Origin: Nitrospirales bacterium
Lineage (GTDB): Bacteria; Nitrospirota; Nitrospiria; Nitrospirales; UBA8639
Direction: 5' to 3'
Assembly: GCA_965203295.1 (NCBI GenBank)
Contig: CBDBCZ010000007.1
Location: 64,001-128,000, forward strand
Length of the DNA: 64,000 bases
The notes under the pieces are model-generated. The model had not been told where the DNA came from. It saw only the letters and a program-made list of their open reading frames with translations, and searched no databases. The first letter of the stretch is position 1. Every line of letters begins with the position of its first letter. Position numbers and translations under genes: made by a program. Below, one piece after another: positions 11,746 through 62,255 of this stretch.

Positions 11746-14475
11746 ATGGAGGACGAAGGTTGCAAATTTTGCTTCAAGCTCCCTAAGGATGGACTGGCTT
11801 TACGTTCAGTAGCGATCGTTGAAGGCGTTCCCGAACTACGCTTCGACGCGTCACCGAAAGTCCCTACGATCACCGAAGAAGACGCTGCAATAGCCTGCCG
11901 ACTTGCATCCGAGGAAAAACGACCCGAGTTTTTCTACATAGGGATTCCCTTCGGACATCCATTTTTCGGCAGGCAGTACAAAAACTACCGTCCCGATTGG
12001 CTGCGGGGAACGTCAGTTGGGGAGCTTCTCTCCGAATCCGACTGGGCAATGAAGTGCTTGCATATCGGCGCCAGGAGTAACGAGTCGAAAACCGCTTTCA
12101 TGAGTTGGTCGAAGACGAGCCAGCTTCAGGGCCTAGCTACGTGGCCTGATTTTCCAAGTGGAGAGGACAATCCGTCCGTCGGCTCCGTTATCATGTCGTG
12201 CGAGTCAGTGAAAGTGCAGAAGGGTGACGATTTTCTGCAGTTTTTGGAGGAACCGAAGATGAAAATCGAGGACCAGACCAACCCGCTCTACTCCAGGTTC
12301 ATTACCGAGAAGTTACCCAGTATTGCCTACTATGACGAGCCACTCTTTCTCAAAATGCAAGAAATACTCAAGCTAATCCTCGTAGCTGAGTGGCTAAAAG
12401 AGAAAGGGGTAAAGATCAGCCAACAGTGGATCGAGCAGCATACTACCGGACCAGGAGTGGGGGATAGCAGTTTTCGTGCTGTGGAGCCACCCAGCAAGAT
12501 AATACCACGACCGACAAACGTCATGGTGCCGAGCAGTGATGTCGCTGTGAAGACACGGGAAGCAGAGCAGTACAGGTTTCTTGCTGAGTGTGGTGTTAGG
12601 CGATGTTATGGATGGCACGACCACGGCAGTGGAGAAATGGAAATGTTTATGGAAGACGGAAAGCCCTTTATACAGCGAAAATCCGTGAGAGCAGTCGTCG
12701 ACAAACGTGTGACTGTTTGTGACCAAGAGATTGACGCAGCCAAAATCATGCTGAATATTCAACTCCCTCCAAATGTTCCAACACCAGTAATGACCGCCGA
12801 GTCCGAAGAAAAAATCACGAAGCTGCTGCCACCAAGCTCAAATGAGGAAGTCTCCGGCCCACTTGGCCCCATGGTATTGGATGTTAAAGTTGACAAACAC
12901 ATCACTGAGGAGAGCGTCGAACTAACAGTAGCTAGAACGATGCAAATTTGCCCTCCACATGCACTGCCACAGATGAAAGATACGACCGTCATCAGAGTGT
13001 CAGTTAGCGATTACGACAAGCTGTATGGCAGCTACGACCCAAATGAGCCACTAGGGATAACGGAGAATGGAGAGCCAATCATTCCCCAAGTCGAGTCATG
13101 GTCGGAACTGTTCTCTCAGACAGTTCCTTGGCCGCACACCTGGCAGTTTCCTTACATCGGAGTCGGAGAGCCTGCAGCCTCTGGAGGTGTTTCCACACGT
13201 AGCATCCCAGTCACCGAGACTCCAGTCAGAGCAGAAAGAAGCAAGAGAGAGTGGGTACCCCATGGCCAGTACAAGAGCTCTGGAGATCAACTTGCTGTAC
13301 GAGCACAGCATGGAATATCTGAAGGTATGATTGCGCATAGCAATGACTTGTTAAAACTATTCTACTGTGGGGACAGCAGTGAGGACCATGATGGTGTTTT
13401 CTGTGTATGTATTATTGCAAGCCATGCATGCATGTACTTTAGTTGGCCCAGTCTTCTAGATAGGCAATGAGCTTGGAATTTGTCATATTCATTACACTCT
13501 GTAAAAATAGCTCACAGCTTAGCACGCTAATTGTAATGTGCTAAATATAAAGAAGTTGTAAACAGGGTGCTTTCCCAGGGTCTCCCCCTCATTAATAATT
13601 GTTTGCATTTGTGCATACATAGACAAAGTTATTGTCTCATATGAATCTGTAATAACATGAGGAATTTGCTGTTCATGCAGAATCATCACACTATAAACTA
13701 AGAATTTGCCTTTCATGCAGAATAATAGGAATTTGCATTTCATGCAAAATGATCATAGGAATTTGCATTTGCAGAATAATGGGGAACACAAAAGCTATTG
13801 TGTGCGTGGAGGAGGGTACCAATAAAATTGAATCTTTTCTTCTTACGCATATTACCAGGAACAATCAGATCAGCCACTAAAGAAGAATTCGAAGAAGTGT
13901 CAAAGAAATTCTTCCGCACTTGGGATCAGCGTAAGGGGAGATGTCCCAAAGTGGAATATGTAGCCGTGGTGGTCAATGCCACGCTGAAACAAAGGTGCAG
14001 TACGTACAGACAGAGGCTGCGAAATCAAGAAATGGAAGAACACTTCCACGGGACAACGCTTTCGTGTGACATCAAACGTACTAAAGCACTCTGCAGTGTT
14101 GGTTCGTGTGGAATCTGTGGCATTTCACGTACTGGCTTGAATCGTGGCTACATAAAGAAGAATATCGACTTCCAGCGATTCGGTGACGGCTTTTATCTTG
14201 CTCCAAACTCTTCAAAGTGCCACGACTACACACGAGGCATCAATGGCTACAGAGCCATGCTGCTCTGCGACGTATGCCCAGGGAACAAATACCGCTTGAG
14301 AAAAACTGATCAAAGTCTGCAGGGACCCCCGAGAGGGTATGACTCTGTGAATGGCCAAGTTGGCGAACATCTGAACTATGAAGAAATTGTCCTCTACCAC
14401 CCCGATGCGGTCATGCCTCGCTACATTATTTTGTACCAGAAAGATGGAAATAGCCATCCCATTACAATGAACTAG
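11746..14475 (+). CDS. Unknown N-terminal domain fused to a PARP-like (H-Y-E) ADP-ribosyltransferase, 731 aa; exons 11746-13324, 13859-14475
   Basis: Phase-1 intron GAAG|GTATGA...TACCAG|GA joins both ORFs in frame; C-terminal motifs FHGT, RFGDGFYLAPNSSKCHDY, MLLCDVCPG, GYDSV.G, LNYEEIVLY, VMPRYIILY are PARP catalytic-fold motifs. Confidence 0.85.
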
Positions 14476-14587
14476 CACACTGATCCACACTGGTTGAACT
14501 TTTGTGTTGAATATGTATGTTCATGAAAAACTGAGTGACACTGTGTGTACATGTTTGTTTCTTTCCCCACATTAATACTTTGTAGCA

Positions 14588-14876
14588 GTATACCCCTGGA
14601 CTTATATCACATTACATCACTTTTGGAAAAATTCATTGGTTACAGAGAGGAGTATAAAGGTGTTTATACTACTATTTTGTTTTTATGTGTTTTCATGTTC
14701 GTTAACGTATGTTTTTTGTTTACGTAATAAAATACTACTGAATGGTAACTTGGTGTATCCATGGCGATGACAAACAGCAAAAAGCGATTGGCCGCCTGTG
14801 ATATAAGCCGGATATACCACGCCTACTCGGAGTATAAACGCGATAAACTCCGCATAGACGTGGTATATCCTATACA
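14588..14876. mobile_element. Hairpin-ended repeat, internally deleted copy (fuller copy 19019-19370)
   Basis: Shared TATAAGCCGGATATACCACGCCTACTCGGAGTATAAACGCGATA and TAGACGTGGTATATCCTATAC. Confidence 0.75.
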
Positions 14877-15308
14877 TAAATCACAGAGCAATTGTTATGA
14901 GTGTTTACTTTCTGTAATATTTTTTTAGCTTGTAGCTACATATATAGTTAGCCTGGGATCCAGGCTATACATGTAGTACTTGGTGTAACTATTTCTCGTT
15001 TGTGCCCTGATTGTTTTATGTAAAAACAGCAAAGCTTTTAATAATTCATAATCAACTAAACAACTGTAGATATATAATTAATTAATGTGTATTTCGAGTC
15101 CTCAGCGTACATGATTATATCACCCATGCACTCCCCTCCCCCCCCCCCCCCCCCCCCCCCGTAGTTACCAAAGCAGGTCTGAGAATAAAGTACTTTTTTT
15201 GAAGTCCAAAAATAAAGTGGAGAGATTATTTCTCCTCAGCTACCCAGTAAATTAATTATGACACGTAGTTGAAGTATAAACATTGCAATGATGTGATGAA
15301 GACATACT

Positions 15309-30910
<15,602 letters not shown>

Positions 30911-30919
<9 letters not shown>

Positions 30920-31026
30920 CCCTTCCACGTGGGTAAATAGTATACGGACTTCCGTAATCGCATTCTCCATTTCGGCCATCACTTTCACGTGGGTAAATAG
31001 TATACGGACCTCCGTAATCGCATTCT
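30911..31026 (-). repeat. 60-bp tandem duplication spanning the RBM28 start codon and proximal promoter
   Basis: TTCGGCCATC...CACGTGGGTAAATAGTATACGGAC.TCCGTAATCGCATTCT twice, in frame. Confidence 0.9.
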
Positions 31027-31168
31027 GCAGTTCTGAGTACGTAAAATAGGCTCCAGCTGCAAACATGAACGGTTTTTGCACTTTGGAAAGTGTTTTTTCT
31101 GTATTATAAGAGGTTCCAGCTGCAAATTAAATATTGAAATATGTCTAAACAAAACATTTGACTAGCGA

Positions 31169-33352
31169 CTAGTAATCGTAATCTGCATACCCTACGATGT
31201 TCGATTCAAACTGCAGGTCCCGAATCTCGCTGAGAATGTCCGAGGCCTTCTGCAGTGCTCTCACCATCTCCGCAACTTCTCTCCTCCTGGCTGTCATCTC
31301 CGGCGACTCCTCCATCAGCTGGTCGTAGGCCTCCGTCTTGTAGAGCTCGCTGACCAGCTCACTCTGGATCTTCTCCTTCACGTAGTTCACCAGGCAGTGC
31401 ATGACTGCCTTCGGTATGCTGTCCTGGATGCTCTTGCGCACGATTAGAAAGTAAGAGCGTATCAGTTTTTCGATCAGTTCGCAGTCGAACTCCTGCCGGC
31501 TGATCATGTCACCTGTGGGCTGTGGTTCGGGACGGCGGGGGTAGAGCCATTCGTCTTCGACTTCAGCAGTCGTGAGGCTGTTAAGACCGGGTTTTTCCCA
31601 GTCGTCCGTCTTGCCAGTCGCTTGCGTCGACGGGTTCGAAGCCTGGGGTTGAGACTGCGATGACTTTCCTGGCCAGACGGTGGAGAACCATCCCTTCAGT
31701 TGGCTCTCGGCCTGCTGGCTTCCCGAGCCCCCTGCGCTCGTCGTAGCGGCTGGCTCAGATTTGGAGGCGGCTCCGGCTGTCTGCTGCTGTAATCTCGGAT
31801 GCTGCCTGCTAAACCCTTCCTTGGACGTCTGTGCCATCATGTACGACTCGTAAGCCGCCCGGGTCCCGCCCACAAAATCGGGGTGGTTGGTGTTGATGTA
31901 CGAGAGCTCAATCGCAATGAGACTCTCCACCATCTCGTTGGTAATCGGCAGCCGCCCACGCAGGAGACCCATGACTACTACGTTCATCTGCTCTCGTAGA
32001 TGCGGAAAGCGCTGGAAGTCTCGAATGTGGGAGAGACAGTACTGGATGATCCTCTGCAGCTCCTCGTACACCAGCTCCACGCACTGGAGACTCGGCGCCA
32101 GCAGGAGTCGGATCTGTCTCTTGACGAGCAACTCGAATGCCATTTCGGAGACGAAGAGGGCCGGTCTCGGGCCCATGGCGTTGCTGATGGCGTGGAGAAT
32201 GTCGGTGCGTCTGAGTCCGTCCAGCGGTTCGATGGCGTTCAGGGTCGCAGCGAACGTGTGGTGGAAGATGTAGCAGATGCGTGCCCCACCGGAGAGTTGG
32301 TTGGTCTCGATGTCGCGAGAGTTGCCCTCGATCTTCTGGCAGTAGGAGGTGGAGAACTTCGTGAGCGTCTGCAAAAGGGCGGGGCCCTTGTTTTGTACCG
32401 GGACCCCCAGTGCCTGCAGCTGTGCCTCGTGCACCGCCAGCTTGGAGCTGATGTCGTGGCGGAGGACCGGCAGGGTGTTGCGTATGTGCTGCATGAGGAG
32501 TTTGTTGAGGGTCTGGGCGAGATAGGGACTCCCGTTCCTCGACGCCAGCCCGGGATACTTTTGTCTGAAGAAGGCCTGTTCATCTTGGAGCGCGTCTCGG
32601 ATGGGTTTCTCGTCAGCGATATCTTGTTGGCTCCGGTTCACGACCCCGATGATCCCGAGTTTGACGGGAATGATCTTACCAGTGAGTAAATCGACCGCGT
32701 CCGTACCCGTGTCCATGAGATCCAGCTTGGTGCAAACGGCGAGGGTACGGTCTCCATTGGGATCGACCTCCCTCGCGAGCTTCAGCGCCTCCGAAGTGGC
32801 CAAATCGGTGTTAGCGGCGTGCACGGCGAGGATGATACACTTGGGATTGGAGATGTACTCCAGGATCATGGACCGGATCTGCGCCTCGATGTCCTCCGGC
32901 TGGTCCCCCACGGGGACCCTCGTGATCCCGGGGAGGTCGATCAACGTGAGGTTGAGGACGTGCTGTGAGAAGATGCGTAGGCGGATGGGCTCGGCGCTAA
33001 TGCCCTTGTTCGTGCCGGCGGTCTTGTCCGTCTCATTCTGAATCTCTTCCCGGATCCGGGCAAAGTCGTCGAATCGCTGGTCGCCGAGATGGAGGAATTT
33101 TCCCCAACCCCAGCTCTCTCCGGCCTCCCCCGGTTTGAGGTGCACTAATTGGAGTACGAGCGGTCTCCGGGTGACGATCCCCGAGCCCCTCGGAAGGAAG
33201 TCTCTGCCAACTACGTTCTCGAGAACGGAGCTTTTTCCCGTGCTCTGCGTGCCAATGACTGCTATCTGTGGCAGCTGTATGCTGTCCCGACCGACAGTGT
33301 TGAAGACATCTTGGAGCTTGTTTATCACAGGAATGAGCTTTTCCATCGCCAT
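31169..33352 (-). CDS. DNM1L: Dynamin-related protein 1 (dynamin-1-like), 727 aa, single exon
   Basis: MEKLIPVINKLQDVF N-terminus, G1 GTQSTGKS, G2 GIVTRRP, G3 DLPG, G4 TKLD, middle domain, variable insert, GED (SYFLIVRKSIQDSIPKAVMH..VN); no PH or PRD domain. Confidence 0.95.
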   Translation of the reverse strand: MAMEKLIPVINKLQDVFNTVGRDSIQLPQIAVIGTQSTGKSSVLENVVGRDFLPRGSGIVTRRPLVLQLVHLKPGEAGESWGWGKFLHLGDQRFDDFARIREEIQNETDKTAGTNKGISAEPIRLRIFSQHVLNLTLIDLPGITRVPVGDQPEDIEAQIRSMILEYISNPKCIILAVHAANTDLATSEALKLAREVDPNGDRTLAVCTKLDLMDTGTDAVDLLTGKIIPVKLGIIGVVNRSQQDIADEKPIRDALQDEQAFFRQKYPGLASRNGSPYLAQTLNKLLMQHIRNTLPVLRHDISSKLAVHEAQLQALGVPVQNKGPALLQTLTKFSTSYCQKIEGNSRDIETNQLSGGARICYIFHHTFAATLNAIEPLDGLRRTDILHAISNAMGPRPALFVSEMAFELLVKRQIRLLLAPSLQCVELVYEELQRIIQYCLSHIRDFQRFPHLREQMNVVVMGLLRGRLPITNEMVESLIAIELSYINTNHPDFVGGTRAAYESYMMAQTSKEGFSRQHPRLQQQTAGAASKSEPAATTSAGGSGSQQAESQLKGWFSTVWPGKSSQSQPQASNPSTQATGKTDDWEKPGLNSLTTAEVEDEWLYPRRPEPQPTGDMISRQEFDCELIEKLIRSYFLIVRKSIQDSIPKAVMHCLVNYVKEKIQSELVSELYKTEAYDQLMEESPEMTARRREVAEMVRALQKASDILSEIRDLQFESNIVGYADYDY

Positions 33353-33849
33353 ATTTCAGGGTTCTTTTTCACCATGGAGGACAGCTCGTGGATGTATACT
33401 TCAAGCTATCTATCGAGTCCTCCAGTCCGAATCCAATAATTCATGGTCATGAAACGCCACACTGTGGTTCGTCTAATTTTGCGTAAAATGAGAAATATTA
33501 TACTCGACCCGCGTTAAATTTTTTTGTTGATGTGTGACCTTTGACCTTTTAATGTGACTGCCTTTTCTATGCAAGACAAAGAGAGTAGCGGAGCGAGAGA
33601 AAACGGCGTGAAACGACCCTCTCAGAGTAATACTGTCACGGTGAATTGTGTTCGGGCGCCTGTCGTAAAGGGGTGGCCCGGCGGTAAGGCTGTAGCAGCC
33701 GCCCCCCACGTGGTCGCGCGTATTAAAGCTGGGGCAGCTGCACGTTCTTTTAAGCCTTCCTTCACACCAATTTGATGTGGACAGGTGGAATTAGAGAGTG
33801 AGCACCCCACTGCAACTCCGTCTGTGAGACAAGAGCAGACTAGACAACT
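33353..33849. promoter_or_regulatory. Candidate bidirectional promoter between DNM1L and ZFC3H1
   Basis: Head-to-head start codons ~500 bp apart; CpG-rich; DR1 TGACCTTTGACCT 33535-47; E-box CCACGTGG ~33706-13. Confidence 0.6.
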
Positions 33850-59951
<26,102 letters not shown>

Positions 59952-60420
59952 GTAGAGTCTGTTGTAGTTAATTAATCTAGGGGTAATATGATACACTATC
60001 CTAGGAGCTATGACACACTAGAATGCTATTGGTATTTAGAAGTTCTCAGATAGTACCAAGTGTAGCCTAGCACTTGAATTTGCAACGTATTTGAAAAAAA
60101 GCACAGAGGAGACACTATAAATCAGTGCAATCAATACAGGCAAGGACTGTAGCATATAGCTCTGCAGGGCAATAACCTAGCCTCGTGCAAGGGCTCAATG
60201 GCACTGACTCTAATTAATGCACATTGATAGGGTGTAATAATCTGGCCTAGCATTTGCCACTCTGGATTAGTAAATAAACCTACAGGACTACACAGTAACT
60301 CACTTTTGGATTGCTTCTTCATGAAAGAATCACTGACATGGCACTTTATATACTGTAATACTGGTGCTTACTTCAGATTATGTAATATACATAGTAGCAA
60401 TGGCTCTAGGAGTTTTAGTT

Positions 60421-60934
60421 GTTACCCCGCGCGCGTATGTGCAAGCAGGGTTAAGCAATTAGTTTTGTCCGTCTGTTGTTGTTGTCGTTGTTGTTGTCTG
60501 TCATAAAAAAACTTCATACATGTAATATGCATTGTAGAGTTTATAACAACTTCAAAGCAGGAGGTAACGATTCAAATTTCCCAAAAAATCAACATATGTG
60601 TACCTAACAGTGACCAAAGCACTTATAATCTCTGCATGTCTAGCGCTTTCTTATTCAACATCTGTATGGTCCGCCATTTTACTACGTCACGAACTTAAAT
60701 ATGACAGAGGCCGGGTATGCGCGGTCTCCTGACACAGGATTTATACTGAAGTATACGTAGAGAAGCGTTCGTGTCATTAATACGGCAGTTGGTCACACCC
60801 ACAGCTTGAATGAGTCCACATTTGACAAACACGCGGTTTACAATGCTTTACAGAGCCAACTCTGTGTAGTTGCTCCACCAGGCCAGGTGAGTCTAGAGTC
60901 GTGATCGAGTTATGTCTCTGCTTGAGACTTCTAG
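60421..60934 (+). mobile_element. Helitron/Helentron-associated (HINE/DINE-like) non-autonomous element
   Basis: 5' TTACCCCGCGCGCG...GCAGGGTTAA inverted head, GTCCGTCTGTTGTTGTTGTCG microsatellite, 3' hairpin GTCTC-TGCTT-GAGAC then CTAG|T. Confidence 0.5.
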
Positions 60935-61797
60935 TATTTGTTGTAGAGTTTGTACTGGTTGCAATGGCTATAGTAGTTGCAGTGGGTGTAGTGGTTGTAC
61001 CAGTTATACTGGTTGTACTGGTTATAGTAGTTGTAGTAGTTGTACCAGTTGCCCTGGTTGTACTAGTTATAGTAGTTGTAGTAGTTGTACCAGTTGCCCT
61101 GGTTGTACTAGTTATAGTAGTTGTAGTGGTTGGAGTGGTTGTAAATTAATGGTAGTACCGTACTCGCTCTAATTATCCGAACATTCTAATTTCTCGAACG
61201 CAATATTTTAATTATTTAAATCGCTCTAATTCGCCGAACATACTCGTGTTCTGGTTTTTATAACCACTCTAATTAACCGAATACAGAAAATATAATACAA
61301 CCTAGCTAGTTTCAATCAGTTTTTTTCTGCCAAAAGTTTCTTTGCTCGCGCTACTAACTTCTTCTTCCCGCGGAGTGTCAGGATGCACGGGATTTCCAGC
61401 CCGCCTTGAACGAGTGGGGAGCGCCGCCGCCTCCCCGTTACCTCGCAGTTCACCTCTCCTCCGTGGCCCAAGAAATGCCAGAATATGCGGCTGAGTTCTC
61501 TGGGTAGATGTCCAACGATTATTTTACTGTCGGTCTCTTCACTGCTGCCTTTTGCAACAGCAACGGCGAATCTGTCTTCTCGGTTTCCATGCAAAAACAT
61601 TCTAATTTTACTCGAACGCCGATAATTCTATTTTTGATACGTTCTAATTAACGCCGAACAACTGAAAAAACAATAATTTTTAAGCGTTCGGATAATTAGA
61701 GCGAGTACGGTATATATAGTTGTAGTGGTTGCACTGGTTGTAATGATTGTACTGGTTGTACTGGTTGTAGTAATTGTAGTAGTTGTAGTATTTGTAA
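60935..61797. repeat. Cryptic GTT/GTA/ACTGGTT simple repeat split by a transposon
   Basis: Same GTAGTT/GTACTGGTT texture at 60935-61155 and 61713-61797. Confidence 0.8.
61158..61710 (-). mobile_element. TA-flanked (Tc1/mariner-pogo-type) element carrying a HIRAN-like ORF fragment (61316-61600)
   Basis: TA|CCGTACTCGCTCTAATTATCCGAAC...GTTCGGATAATTAGAGCGAGTACGG|TA (25-bp perfect TIR); GNREDRFAVAV..IVGHLPRELSR..GGEVNCEVTG..GLEIPC. Confidence 0.85.
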
Positions 61798-62255
61798 GTA
61801 ACCCACCTTTGTAATCAAGTGTGCTTCAAGAGCTCAAATCATCCAGCAGTAGTAGCCGTGCACCTTGGCTCATTCGCAAGCTTGAGTTCAATTATTATTG
61901 TGAGCATACACAATATACACATGCTCAGTCTTACTCGTGTCATTTTTTTTTACGAGAGTGAATATCACAATGGCCACGCAAGTGGACTGCACTTATGCAA
62001 GCATGATAGTTAAGCTGCAACTGAGATAACCATATCCATTCTTGTAGTGTATAGGAGTTAGGTTTCAAAGCATACATAGGTAGTTTCAAGCTACATTCCA
62101 TTGTAATAACTACCTTAAACAACTTGTCATGTCAAATTCAATTAATACATACCTATGCTTTAAAGCCTAACGCCTACCTTCCACCTGCCATTCAAGTAGC
62201 CACTAGGTAGTCAACATATGTACATGCAGTGAGCTAGCTATCTAGACTAGCTACA

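Noticed and set aside
13325..13470. C-terminal 48 aa of the 574-aa ORF
   Set aside because: Lies after a good donor (AG|GTATGA) that splices in frame to the ART exon; treated as intron, though a short unspliced isoform cannot be excluded
31799..33452. Several 60-230 aa plus-strand ORFs
   Set aside because: Antisense shadows of the GC-rich DRP1 coding sequence
60901..61172. Metallothionein-like Cys-rich or Val-rich ORFs
   Set aside because: Products of a cryptic GTT/GTA simple repeat
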